Source of the DNA: Synechococcus sp.
GTDB lineage: Bacteria > Cyanobacteriota > Cyanobacteriia > Thermostichales > PCC-7336
Assembly: GCA_051439605.1 (NCBI GenBank)
Contig: JBFRWN010000077.1
Span: 8,536 to 72,535, forward strand
DNA: 64,000 nucleotides
Direction of reading: 5' to 3'
Each line of letters begins with the position of its first letter. The first letter of the stretch is position 1. The translations under genes were made by a program, and so were the position numbers. This document shows, in pieces, positions 20,415 to 30,783 of this stretch. Under the pieces are notes generated by a model. That model had not been told where the DNA came from and searched no databases. It saw only the letters and a list, made by a program, of their open reading frames with translations.

Positions 20415-21368
20415 ATGAATGTACTGATAGTCGGCGCCACCGGAACACTGGGTCGTCAAGTCGCTCGAAAGGCGATTGAGGCCGGTCATTCGGTCACTTG
20501 CATGATTCGCAATCCCGAGAAAGCTGCGTTCTTAAGCGAGTGGGGGGCAACTATCAAGGTTGGGAACCTAGTTCGCCCGGAAACCCTACCGTTCTGCCTC
20601 AAAGATATCGAGGTGGTGGTAGACTGCGCGACTGTACGACCCTCCAGTAACCGCAGCGTGAAAGAGGTGGACTGGGACGGCAAGGTTGCTTTAATTAATG
20701 CCGCCCGTGCTGCCGAGGTCAAGCAGTACATATTTTTCTCCATCTTCCGCTCGGAGGAGTTCCCGAATGTTCCGCTGATGATCTGCAAGTACCATGTCGA
20801 AGAGTATCTAAAACGTTCAATGGTGCCCTACACCATTTTTCGCCCCTGTGGATTCATGCAGGGGTTGATTGGGCAGTACGCTATTCCCGTTCTGGAAGAA
20901 CAAGTGGTATGGACCACCGATCCCCCCACCCCAATCGCCTACATCGACACCATCGACGCCGCCAAAATTGCTGTCAAGGCGATCGGTCACGAGGGTGCTA
21001 TCCGACAGACATTGCCCCTCTCTGGCAGCAAGGGATGGGAACCTCGAGAAGTCATTGCCCTCTGCGAGCGCATGTCCGGCAACCGGGCCAAAATCAGCAC
21101 CATGCCCTTGGGTCTGTTGCGGGGTGCACGAAAGGTACTGAACTTTTTCCAATGGACTTGGAATATTGCCGATCGCCTGGCATTCTCCGAGGTACTCGCC
21201 AGCGGTAAGCCCATGCAGGAGGATATGGAGCCTGTCTACGAGTTGCTAGACATCGATCCCAGCGAGTTGACCACCCTAGAGGGGTATCTGTTGGAATACT
21301 TCGAGCGCATCATGAAGAAGTTGCGCGACTCTAAATACAAAGATCCCCGCAAGATGACGAGGTTCTAA
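20415..21368 (+). CDS. ycf39: Ycf39-like atypical SDR (NmrA family)
   Basis: GATGTLGRQV, AAFL.EWGA, VDWDGKVALI, GLIGQYAIPVLE, DRLAFSEV. Confidence 0.85.
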   Translation: MNVLIVGATGTLGRQVARKAIEAGHSVTCMIRNPEKAAFLSEWGATIKVGNLVRPETLPFCLKDIEVVVDCATVRPSSNRSVKEVDWDGKVALINAARAAEVKQYIFFSIFRSEEFPNVPLMICKYHVEEYLKRSMVPYTIFRPCGFMQGLIGQYAIPVLEEQVVWTTDPPTPIAYIDTIDAAKIAVKAIGHEGAIRQTLPLSGSKGWEPREVIALCERMSGNRAKISTMPLGLLRGARKVLNFFQWTWNIADRLAFSEVLASGKPMQEDMEPVYELLDIDPSELTTLEGYLLEYFERIMKKLRDSKYKDPRKMTRF

Positions 21369-21765
21369 ACCCCTGTCACTCCCCATCACTCGAGATGGTC
21401 CAAATGAGTGAAAGGTCAGCTAACACAATGGGCGTAGGGCAGATTTGAGCAAATAGTATTTGTTGGGGTTTGCAGATTGAATCTTTGACTGAGAGTGTTA
21501 CCAACAGTTGTGCCGTCCCGAAATAAGCAACTGTTCTACACGGTACTGACCCTGATTTTCAGCATAACTGCTGTGATTGAAGCAATCCGCGATCCACTTA
21601 CTGTTGAAAGATTCTTAAGGAAATCTCCGCCATCTCCACAGGGTGGGAACTCTTGCCGAACAGGCGCAACCCTTGCACACAAAACGTTGCACGGTTTGGC
21701 CGGACAATCTCTATTTCACCACCAGCTATGGCTATGCTGAGAACGGAGCGTAGGAAGAAGATTCG

Positions 21766-22932
21766 ATGGCCGATATTGGTATTCTGACAGCCCAAGCCCA
21801 GGATCGTCGTCGCGGCCAAATTCACGTTTATGACGGCGACGGCAAGGGTAAGTCTCAGGCAGCATTAGGGGTAGTCTTGCGCTCGATTGGCTTAGGAATT
21901 GAAGACCAAGTCCCCAGCCGCGTACTGTTGATGCGGTTTTTAAAAGGGCCAGGTCGCCAGTATGCCGAGGACGCGGCGATCGAAGCACTGCAGCGAGGGT
22001 TTCCCCACCTGATTGACCAGTTACGGACGGGGCGAGGGGAATATTTTGACGAGAGTGGCATTACCAAGTTTGACCGTCAAGAGGCTCGACGGGGTTGGGA
22101 TGTAGCAAAAGGGGCGTTGGCTTCAGGCTTTTATTCGGTGGTGGTGCTAGATGAACTGAACCCCGTTCTCGATCTCGGTCTGCTCCCCATTGATGAGGTG
22201 GTCAGCACCCTGAGACACAAGCCCAATCAACTGGAGGTAATTGTGACGGGGCGGGGGGCACCCGAGCCGCTGATTGAGATTGCCGATTTACATTCGGAAA
22301 TGCGTCCTGTGCGGGCGGCTGGTGATGCACACAATATATTCCTGAATGGCAATGGAAACGGGAATAGCCGCCATCACTCGTTTAGCGGCATCGAGATTTA
22401 TACGGGAGCCGGTAAAGGCAAGTCTACGAGTGCTCTCGGGCGAGCATTACAGGCGATTGGTCGCGGGATCAGCAAGGATTTATCCCATCGCGTGTTAATT
22501 ATGCAGTGGCTGAAGGGGGGATCGGGCTACACGGAGGATGCCGCAATTCGCGCCCTGCGGGAAACGTACCCCGAATTGGTGGACCATCAGCGCTGCGGTC
22601 GCGATGCGATCGTATGGCGGGGTAAGCAGCAGGAAATCGACTATGTGGAGGCCGAGCGCGGTTGGGAGCTGGCTAAGGCTGCGATTACGTCTGGTCTGTA
22701 CAAGACGATTATTTTGGATGAGTTGAACCCCACAGTAGATCTAGAACTCCTGGAATCAGAACCGATAGTACAGGCGCTGCTGCGCAAACCCAAAGATACC
22801 GAGGTGATTATTACAGGGCGCTGTCACGATACGCTGCCCTACTTTGACCTAGCCACGGTGCATTCGGAAATGGTATGTCACAAGCATTATGCCGAGCACG
22901 GGGCAGATTTGAAGCGAGGGGTTGATTATTAA
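21766..22932 (+). CDS. cobO: Cob(I)yrinic acid a,c-diamide adenosyltransferase, internally duplicated two-domain form
   Basis: Two P-loops (YDGDGKGKS, YTGAGKGKS), two LDELN and TGR motifs, C-terminal GVDY. Confidence 0.88.
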   Translation: MADIGILTAQAQDRRRGQIHVYDGDGKGKSQAALGVVLRSIGLGIEDQVPSRVLLMRFLKGPGRQYAEDAAIEALQRGFPHLIDQLRTGRGEYFDESGITKFDRQEARRGWDVAKGALASGFYSVVVLDELNPVLDLGLLPIDEVVSTLRHKPNQLEVIVTGRGAPEPLIEIADLHSEMRPVRAAGDAHNIFLNGNGNGNSRHHSFSGIEIYTGAGKGKSTSALGRALQAIGRGISKDLSHRVLIMQWLKGGSGYTEDAAIRALRETYPELVDHQRCGRDAIVWRGKQQEIDYVEAERGWELAKAAITSGLYKTIILDELNPTVDLELLESEPIVQALLRKPKDTEVIITGRCHDTLPYFDLATVHSEMVCHKHYAEHGADLKRGVDY

Positions 22933-23471
22933 GAGCGCAACGATCCTTGAGATACCTGAGGCTCAGGAATTTGAAGGGGGTAGCCGATCGCGATCTCTCG
23001 AATAGTGGATAGAAGGAAGTCTGCGGCTGACAGCTTAGTTTCGCGATCGCCTTCAACCCACCCCAAAACCACCTGGGGATTTTTCCAGAGTTGCAGATGC
23101 TCCACCGCCGGATCGGCACAAAACAGCTGCTGTCCGCCACCAAACGCCAGCGCATTTAAGTGCGTTATCCAATCATGGCTGAGGCGAAATACGGGAACGC
23201 GATCGCTCGTCCACACACACCAACCATCCACTAGGACTTTTGCGACCACCTGCGGAGTCTGTAACACCGCCACCCGCACGGCTCCATAGCTAAACCCGAT
23301 CGCCACACAACCGCAATCGAGAAGAGACAATTGCTTCTCCGATGGCTCCCACAAAATCTCCCAGTCAGGGTCTCGATGCGCTGCCAAAAACTGTCGGAAT
23401 CGTTGATTCGCCAATCGCGCTCCAGGGAAAAACTCTGCCCCTCCAAACACAGCGATCGCGATCTTGACCAT
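22929..23471 (-). CDS. Hypothetical protein, minimal alpha/beta-hydrolase-like
   Basis: IGFSYG, VDGW, RLSHD, FCADPAVEHLQLW motifs. Confidence 0.6.
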   Translation of the reverse strand: MVKIAIAVFGGAEFFPGARLANQRFRQFLAAHRDPDWEILWEPSEKQLSLLDCGCVAIGFSYGAVRVAVLQTPQVVAKVLVDGWCVWTSDRVPVFRLSHDWITHLNALAFGGGQQLFCADPAVEHLQLWKNPQVVLGWVEGDRETKLSAADFLLSTIREIAIGYPLQIPEPQVSQGSLRS

Positions 23472-23543
23472 ACAATCTTCCCTATGCCCTCCACTTTTAC
23501 CCCACGACTGTTAAGCTGACATCGTTTTGCATCGAGATGAGCA

Positions 23544-24311
23544 ATGGAATGGCGATCGCTGGCGGATAACTGGCTGCTGCAACCACAGTCCCCAAAAGGA
23601 ATCGTGCATTTTCTGGGTGGGGCATTTGTCGGAGCAACCCCTCATATTGTTTACGATGCCCTGCTATCTAGTTTGGCAAAAGCAGGTTATCTAGTGGTCG
23701 CCACATCTTACGTGACTGACCCAAACCACCGCCGGATTGCATCTCAAATCGCATCCGACTTTCAGACTGCTTTGGCAGCACTGTCGACTGCTCAAGATCT
23801 TCCCATCTTTGGACTGGGACACAGTTTGGGTTGCAAGCTGCATATTCTTAACAGCTGCCAGGAGGTTACTATCCCATCGCCATCAAGACGAGCGGGCAAT
23901 ATACTGATGGCTTACAGTAATGCTAGTTTCCGGGGAGATTTACCGAAATGGATGCCATTGGAGTTCCAACCATCTCCTGAGGAGACTGAAGCCCTGATCG
24001 ATCGCTACTACGCGCTGAACCGAACCTTATTAGTGAAGTTCGAGAGGGACAGCATCGATGACATCGCAGCTCTGAATCAGCAACTAGCTCAAAAGTTAGG
24101 CTCCTTTTTGGACTATCAATTAATGCCTGGGGATCACGGAACTTGTGCAGGGGGACGCTATCCTCTCCCAACCAGCCAAGAATTTAGTCCCCTGGATGCG
24201 ATTGGGCAGTATTTGTATCAAAGTCTGACCCAAGAGAATCAAATGCTTCATAGCGTTGTGCGCATGTGGCTGGATCGTCAGCTCCAGCTCCTACGTAGCA
24301 CGGTAGATTAA
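23544..24311 (+). CDS. DUF1350 family protein
   Basis: HFLGGAFVGATP, GLGHSLGCKLH, EFQPSPEET. Confidence 0.8.
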   Translation: MEWRSLADNWLLQPQSPKGIVHFLGGAFVGATPHIVYDALLSSLAKAGYLVVATSYVTDPNHRRIASQIASDFQTALAALSTAQDLPIFGLGHSLGCKLHILNSCQEVTIPSPSRRAGNILMAYSNASFRGDLPKWMPLEFQPSPEETEALIDRYYALNRTLLVKFERDSIDDIAALNQQLAQKLGSFLDYQLMPGDHGTCAGGRYPLPTSQEFSPLDAIGQYLYQSLTQENQMLHSVVRMWLDRQLQLLRSTVD

Positions 24312-24428
24312 GGTCCTTATCTGAAAGAACCTAAGTTCACTCTAAGCAGCTCTTTTCGTCTGCTCAACGAGACAATCAGGATCTATGGCAGGGGGAGAAT
24401 CAGAGCGTCAGCTTGAGTCAAGCTCAGG

Positions 24429-25409
24429 TTAGGTCATGATAGCGGTTAGAAACGGCTCTAATCTGATAAAGAGGGGACCCATAAGGCGATCCATGAGTCT
24501 TGCGACCTTAGGTTTTCCAAGCAAGGGAACCCATCTTGCAATCGCATTTTGAATGGGCTTCCACGCTAAGCATCGGTGTTTGTTAACGAATTTCAGCTTC
24601 CTTTCGCTATAGCTGTTCTTCAAGGGAAGATTCCATTTCTCACTGAAGCGATCTACGGTCTCTCGGGCAGCTGACTCATTCCAACGCCAAAGGAAGAATG
24701 GCAAGTCCCCCATCGCAAAGGGAGGGGGGGTAACGTAAGTGACCCTGGATGATGGATCCACGTAGATTTCTTCGCCTGATTCTCGAACGCTCAAGGCAAA
24801 ATCGAGATGTTCGTTGGAAGTTTTGAGTCCCTCGTCGAAAGGTCCTAGTTTTTCAAAAGCAATGGTTTTCGCCAAAGTACAATGGAATTCAATCGTTTCA
24901 GTTTTCTGTCGCTGTAAATTCGACGAGATCGAAGAAAGCTTCCTGCCACGATACAGATGCCGTTCGTAAAATTCCCGTTGGCCTCCTTCTTCTCGAAAAT
25001 GAGCAAGTCCTCCAAACATGTGGATCGTTTCATCTTTGGGGTCTCCCTCAAAGTACAGGGGGCCAACAACCCAAGCTCCTGTTTCATCAGAACATCGAAT
25101 TAATGCCCGCAACCAACCGGGGCTTACTACAAGGTCATTATCAACGAAAACAACATACTCTGTTGTGACGTGAGGTAAGCTTAAATTCCTTGCTTGATTG
25201 GGTCTCAAATAGTGGTTCTTTCGTATAAGCTTGAAGCCTTTCTCCTTAGAAGAGACCTCTAAATAGCGCTTAATGCCGCGAGGAGAGCCTCCATCTATGT
25301 AGATTAAGTCAAACGGGACTTCTGTATTCTCGTAAATGCTATTTAAAGATTTTTCCGTGTAGTTAAATCTCTCACGGGGGGAAACAACAATAGTTACTCT
25401 CGGCCGCAT
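24429..25409 (-). CDS. Glycosyltransferase family 2
   Basis: VTIVVSPRE, ARN, FVDND DxD motif, EHLDF. Confidence 0.85.
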   Translation of the reverse strand: MRPRVTIVVSPRERFNYTEKSLNSIYENTEVPFDLIYIDGGSPRGIKRYLEVSSKEKGFKLIRKNHYLRPNQARNLSLPHVTTEYVVFVDNDLVVSPGWLRALIRCSDETGAWVVGPLYFEGDPKDETIHMFGGLAHFREEGGQREFYERHLYRGRKLSSISSNLQRQKTETIEFHCTLAKTIAFEKLGPFDEGLKTSNEHLDFALSVRESGEEIYVDPSSRVTYVTPPPFAMGDLPFFLWRWNESAARETVDRFSEKWNLPLKNSYSERKLKFVNKHRCLAWKPIQNAIARWVPLLGKPKVARLMDRLMGPLFIRLEPFLTAIMT

Positions 25410-25627
25410 GAACCCAACCTAATTAAAAATACTGGTGCAACGAATCAAAAAATCACTAGAAATAAAATCTATCAGTATAAAAATATATTTATTTATGTGT
25501 CATCTTCAGTATAAACACTAGTTTATATTTGTCAAGTAAGTGTTCTACAACAGACACTAAGATACTCTGTATACTTTTGATGGTCGAGTCATATCAACCT
25601 CATACATCAGGAAAGTCGTTTTTTGCT

Positions 25628-26626
25628 ATGCCAAGTCAGACAGTTTTTGAAAGCGATCTTCGCACCGCCAAGTCCTCGTGTTTGGTCTCGGTCATCATGC
25701 CTGCCTATAACGTTGAGAGGTACTTGATGCAGGCGGTAAAGTCTATCCTTAACCAAACACACAACAATCTAGAGCTTATTATTGTCGATGATTGCTCGCT
25801 GGATTCCACTTTGGAGTTGGCCCACGCCTGTGCGAAGGAGGATGCTCGGGTAAAAGTAATTGCAAACTCTGCGAACCAAGGGGCAGCTGTTGCCCGAAAT
25901 TTAGCTTTGGATGCAGCTTCTGGTGACTGGGTCGCGATTGTCGATTCCGATGATTGGCTGTCTTCCCAACGATTGGAGGTATTGCTGCAGAAGGCTGAGG
26001 AAAGTTCTGCTGACTTGATGGCGGATGATTTTGGATACGTAAATGATGGAGAAAAACTGCCTAGGACAACGTTTGTCGAGCGCAACGGCGATGTCTACAG
26101 TAAAGGGCTGACTCAAATTGAAACAATGTTCTACGTCGATTCCAAGCATTGGACGGTCAGTCCCGGCATCCTCAAGCCCTTAGTGCGCCGATCGTTTATC
26201 GAAGAACAATGCATTCGCTACAAAGATGAAATTCGTCTGGGACAAGATTTCTTCTTTTACCTAGATTGCTTGATTCGCGGGGCACGTTTTTTCATTTACC
26301 CAGAGGTCCATTATTACTATCGTATTCGTTCCAGTTCGGTCACTAATCTTAGTAAGGTCAAGCATGCAAATTACAGAATCAAGGGACTGACTCAAGTTCT
26401 AGCTTCCGATCAATTGCTAGGCGAACCCGAGCTGTATCGAGCTTTGCTCAACAAACGCAATAATTTCCAAATGTGGCGTGAGACACTATCGGTGAGAGAT
26501 CGACTTCGGAACAAGCGGTACCTTTCAGCAATGGCAATGGCGGCGAGAAATCCTGGTGTCTTAGTTAGGTTAACCGAGGGACTCCAAAAGCATTTTCAGG
26601 GTAGGGACCTTAGACGAGCTAGTTAG
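25628..26626 (+). CDS. Glycosyltransferase family 2
   Basis: VSVIMPAYN, VDDCS.D, ARNLAL, VDSDD, GQDF; start uncertain (25529-25628). Confidence 0.88.
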   Translation: MPSQTVFESDLRTAKSSCLVSVIMPAYNVERYLMQAVKSILNQTHNNLELIIVDDCSLDSTLELAHACAKEDARVKVIANSANQGAAVARNLALDAASGDWVAIVDSDDWLSSQRLEVLLQKAEESSADLMADDFGYVNDGEKLPRTTFVERNGDVYSKGLTQIETMFYVDSKHWTVSPGILKPLVRRSFIEEQCIRYKDEIRLGQDFFFYLDCLIRGARFFIYPEVHYYYRIRSSSVTNLSKVKHANYRIKGLTQVLASDQLLGEPELYRALLNKRNNFQMWRETLSVRDRLRNKRYLSAMAMAARNPGVLVRLTEGLQKHFQGRDLRRAS

Positions 26627-26846
26627 AGAGCTAGCGAAAGCCCATAATGTTGACGATTACAAGCATTAAAGTTCAGTCCTGTTTTAGAAAGATGCTGAAC
26701 AGTAATCATAAGGAAGAAACACTATCGGAAAGCGATATATTCGAAAGTTCTAACGTGTTTATCAAATATCTTTCACGTAGATAATGCAGAAGTAGTAATA
26801 GCAATAAAGTTCGTTAAACTCAAAACCTCATTACTTCCGACTTCGA

Positions 26847-29800
26847 TTATATAAACTGAATTCTATAGGTTTTAATTTCAAAAGAGCTAAAATGGCAGCT
26901 AAATCTGCTGTTCTCGAATGGCAGAAACTCTTGCCCATGTTCCAATAAATTACAGCGTTGAACGGCTGCGATCGCCCATTTTAGCCGCACCGTTGCTTTA
27001 ACAGATAATCCGTGTGCTTCGTACAGTCGTAGAATCCACGCCAACCCATCCTGCGATCGTTTAAACGCTGCCATCACAATATTGTCAGCATCAACCTCCA
27101 ATACAGCTCCAGCCCCTATCCACTTTCCACTCAAAGCCACAAGTGGGTGATTGAGTTCGTACCCTCGTCGGACAACACCCGCCATTCGCCAATCTCCCTC
27201 GTGAGGTAAAACACAGTAGGTGAACTCGTGCAGACCCAAATCGGAAGTGGGGTGGGGCCAAGTGGGGGACTTGAGTAACGTTATTCGCAAGCAACCTGGC
27301 TGAGCATCGTAGCCATATTTGCAGTCGTTGAGCACCGCCAACCCCATGCTCTCAGCAGCCATATCTGCCCACCGCAGAGCGGGTACCTCCCACTTGGCAG
27401 CCTCCATCGCAGTTGCGCGCATCGTACTCCGGGCGATCGCCCCAAACGGGATTTCGTAGGTGGCGGTAGGTGCGGTGAAACTTAGCGGAAATGCAGCCTT
27501 GAGCAGAGTGTGGGTATCCTGCCAGTCCAACTGTGTATGAACGAAAAGCTGTGGATTACCAGCCTCTAGCCGTAGGGTTTGAACGATCGTCGATTGCCGA
27601 AATAGGCGAACAATGCGGACAGAACCGCGTAGTGGACCAGTTTCAACCACTTCTCGTGATATTAGTTTGAATTCTGGCAGAGGGTTAGAGTCGTAATCCG
27701 GATCGATGTTCCAAGCGTCCCAGTATTGACCGCGATCCTCAAAACATTGCAGCGTGGCGGGAGCGGAGAGTAACGGGCGTTGGGTGCGTTTATCGAATAT
27801 CTGCAGGATGTTACCAGAGGCTGGATCGATTTGGACACTGACGAGCGCATTTTCCAGGAGATCGCGGTCTACCCGTATATCTGAGGCAACAGGCACATCC
27901 ATAAGCCGACCGATCTGCTCGTAGCAGGCAGCCCCCAGACTGGGTACCGTCGCCCGAAACAGAATTCCCCCATCCACTTGCTGAATCGGCAGCACCGCTT
28001 GAGTTTGCAGATCCCGCAGGGCGTAAACATCTTCCTCTGTAACCAGCATCACCAGCTGAGATCGCTCCCAATTCAAACCATTCCACAAACAGATTCGCTC
28101 GCCAGACGCCTCTGCCAAGAGAGGCGCAACCTGTTGCTGACAAATCTCGCGCACCGTTACGTCAGCCCGATCGGCATCCTCAAAGACTTCTGGAATCGCC
28201 GTTCCAGGCAAAATATCGTGAAACTGGTTGGTTAAAAACTGCTGCCAAGCATCAGTCAACGGCTTCTGAGGATACTCTAGGTATTTCTCGATCGCCGCGA
28301 TCGATCTCAAACATTCCACGGTTCCCAGCAACACTTCGAGCTGTCGGTTTTGCCGCTTGCGATCGCCTTTAGTGGTATAAGTACCGCGATGCAGCTCCAA
28401 ATACAGCTCGTCATCCCACACCGGCAGTTCCAGGAAAGGCAACGACTGTTGCAGGTGATCGAGAAATTGGTCGATGGTGCCAGGTTCCAGCACAAAAAAC
28501 AGGTCATCCCTGGCCCAACTTCGGGCCACATTGAGCATGTCCGCTGTCGGTCCGCCACCGTGGTCCCCCACACCGTACAGCCAGACCACCTCCGACAATT
28601 CATGATTGTCTCGTAACAGTGTCGAGTATTGGGCGATCGCCTCCGGATCGACACCCTGTCCAATATCGTTCGAGAAATACGTCAGGATGCGGGAGCCATC
28701 TAACCCCTGCCACCAAAATACCTGATGAGGAAATGGGTTGCTGTCATTCCAGGTCAGCTTCTGAGTGATGAAAATTTCAAACCCACTTTGGCGCAAAATT
28801 TGGGGCAGTTGCCAACAAAATCCAAAACTGTCGGGATTCCAAGCTACGCGAATCGGGCGATCGCTCAACCCCTTGAAATATTCCTTACCATACAAAATTT
28901 GCCGCACCAACGATTCACCGATAGGGAGGTTGCAATCTGGCTCTACCCACATGCCACCGGTGATTTCCCACCACCCCCGATCGATCGCCTGTTTCACTTT
29001 CTCTAGCAGGGATGGATATTTCTCCTCAAGCCACCAATAGGACAGTGCCGTACTTTGGTTGAAGGTCATGCGGGGAAACTGCCTTTGCAGGTGTAATACC
29101 GACTCAAAGGTACGTCTAACCACCTCTCGCGTTTCGGAAATGGGCCACAGCCAAGCCACATCAATGTGGGCATTCCCCAACAGCATGACTCGCCGCTGCT
29201 TTAACCTCTGCCCTAACGGCAACAGCTCCTGGCGCAGTTCCGCCAATTGTTGCCACACCTCCCCAGTCACCTCGCGGTTCAGCAGGTGATGCAACCGCCC
29301 TAACCATGCCGCTCCATCCCAAATCCCCAGCCAATCCCCCCGACAGATCCACAGCACCGCCAGCTCGTCAGCAAATCGCCCCGGATCGCAGGCACGCTCT
29401 GGATACTCGATCTCGATCTGAGATGTCTGCAATGCTCCATCGTCATGTCCGGGGCTTTGCAGCCGCACCTCCACTTGAAATGACTGCCCGGGACGGGCAT
29501 CCCCCGTCAACAACAGGCGGCAATCGCGATCGAACAGATCCCCTTCATACCTGAGATTGCCATTCACCCATATTTCCCCCCAGTCCGCCCACCAAGCTAA
29601 TTTGATTCGGATCGCAGCACCAGCCAGCGGTAACTCCTGCAGCGTCCGCGGAATCTCCCAGTTGACTGTAAACTGCTGCCGCTGGTCCCGAACCCACATC
29701 CAAATTTGGCGGGCCTCTTCGATCCAAGCGGAGTGCTCACCTCGACTATCGCGCACATCCCACAGAGACATCAGCTGGATCCGCGACCAACGGCGCAACG

Positions 29801-29888
29801 CCGCGATTGCCATCTGCCATTCTTGTTCGAACTGATTTAAAGGCTCAGACTTATCTAGAGGTTCAACCACGCCGCCGCCAGGATACAC
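26847..29888 (-). CDS. Alpha-mannosidase (GH38)
   Basis: GNAHIDVAWLWP, WNPDSFG, GVGDHGGGP, ELYLELHRG, NQFHDILPG. Confidence 0.92.
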   Translation of the reverse strand: MYPGGGVVEPLDKSEPLNQFEQEWQMAIAALRRWSRIQLMSLWDVRDSRGEHSAWIEEARQIWMWVRDQRQQFTVNWEIPRTLQELPLAGAAIRIKLAWWADWGEIWVNGNLRYEGDLFDRDCRLLLTGDARPGQSFQVEVRLQSPGHDDGALQTSQIEIEYPERACDPGRFADELAVLWICRGDWLGIWDGAAWLGRLHHLLNREVTGEVWQQLAELRQELLPLGQRLKQRRVMLLGNAHIDVAWLWPISETREVVRRTFESVLHLQRQFPRMTFNQSTALSYWWLEEKYPSLLEKVKQAIDRGWWEITGGMWVEPDCNLPIGESLVRQILYGKEYFKGLSDRPIRVAWNPDSFGFCWQLPQILRQSGFEIFITQKLTWNDSNPFPHQVFWWQGLDGSRILTYFSNDIGQGVDPEAIAQYSTLLRDNHELSEVVWLYGVGDHGGGPTADMLNVARSWARDDLFFVLEPGTIDQFLDHLQQSLPFLELPVWDDELYLELHRGTYTTKGDRKRQNRQLEVLLGTVECLRSIAAIEKYLEYPQKPLTDAWQQFLTNQFHDILPGTAIPEVFEDADRADVTVREICQQQVAPLLAEASGERICLWNGLNWERSQLVMLVTEEDVYALRDLQTQAVLPIQQVDGGILFRATVPSLGAACYEQIGRLMDVPVASDIRVDRDLLENALVSVQIDPASGNILQIFDKRTQRPLLSAPATLQCFEDRGQYWDAWNIDPDYDSNPLPEFKLISREVVETGPLRGSVRIVRLFRQSTIVQTLRLEAGNPQLFVHTQLDWQDTHTLLKAAFPLSFTAPTATYEIPFGAIARSTMRATAMEAAKWEVPALRWADMAAESMGLAVLNDCKYGYDAQPGCLRITLLKSPTWPHPTSDLGLHEFTYCVLPHEGDWRMAGVVRRGYELNHPLVALSGKWIGAGAVLEVDADNIVMAAFKRSQDGLAWILRLYEAHGLSVKATVRLKWAIAAVQRCNLLEHGQEFLPFENSRFSCHFSSFEIKTYRIQFI

Positions 29889-30022
29889 CCGCCGTCCAGC
29901 CTAGCCTCCGAACAGCCCATACCCCACTCGCCTTTAAGGCGATCGCCCAGAAAGCGATCGCCCAGGAACAAATGATTGTCACTAACAATATGGGCGACGG
30001 GTTAATTGCCGCACGCGCTCAT

Positions 30023-30463
30023 CTACGCCCGGACTTCGCGTACGGCGCGACGCAAGAGGCCCAGACGAATCCATTCAATACATTCTTGTTCGGTGGGAAA
30101 AAGCTTTGGAGCAGCAATATTATTAAGCCCGTAAGGAGCGTAGTGATCGTAGTAGTACTTCCCTGCCGCTTTGTATAAAACTACAAGATTATTTAAATAG
30201 GTGTAGCGGTGACGGAAATACTGCTCTGGACCACCCACAGCGTCAGCCTTATCCAAGTGGGCTTTAGCCGCCTGGACTACCTCATAAGGATCTTCAGTGA
30301 AGCAACCCGCGGGATTTTCAGCTTTATGCCACTGATGTTGGTAACCGTATCCAGCTAGCAAGACATAGGAATAAAGCGATCTTCCTGAAAGATTACCGGC
30401 AAGGAAGGGAATAATAAGAAAGCCACGATGGGCAACCGACTTTTCATACAGATACCGTTCCAT
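30023..30463 (-). CDS. Conserved cyanobacterial hypothetical protein
   Basis: LYEKSV..RGFLIIPF, HKAENPA, YDHYAP..LNNIAAPKLF; ATG 30463. Confidence 0.65.
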   Translation of the reverse strand: MERYLYEKSVAHRGFLIIPFLAGNLSGRSLYSYVLLAGYGYQHQWHKAENPAGCFTEDPYEVVQAAKAHLDKADAVGGPEQYFRHRYTYLNNLVVLYKAAGKYYYDHYAPYGLNNIAAPKLFPTEQECIEWIRLGLLRRAVREVRA

Positions 30464-30783
30464 AGCCTCTGTCCCCGTACCTACCGCAATCTGAAATAAC
30501 TGAAATAACCCGCCGTCCAATTAAACTTTTGGACGGCTGTTAGTATTTCCACAATAGTACAAACCCCTACATAACATCGCGCATTCTCAGTATTTCTTCT
30601 TAGATTGAATGTCTTTCCCTGAAGGATTGGAAGTATTTTATACATAAAATACTGATATATTCGCAGGACTGAGCAATCTCATTACGCAATATCACTGATA
30701 ACAGCAGTCAATCCGCTGAGCATGGTCATCACCCCACCCCCATACGGGAGCTGGGGCTGGTGCCGTACAGGAGATAGCTTGAG

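Noticed and set aside
21369..21765. Small gene (e.g. petM) or repeat copy after ycf39, including the 81-aa ORF 21495..21740
   Set aside because: No matching small-protein translation found; similarity to the repeat near 21392-21422 is too weak.
21766..22932. Internally duplicated adenosyltransferase as a novelty
   Set aside because: The two-domain form is, to my knowledge, usual in cyanobacteria.
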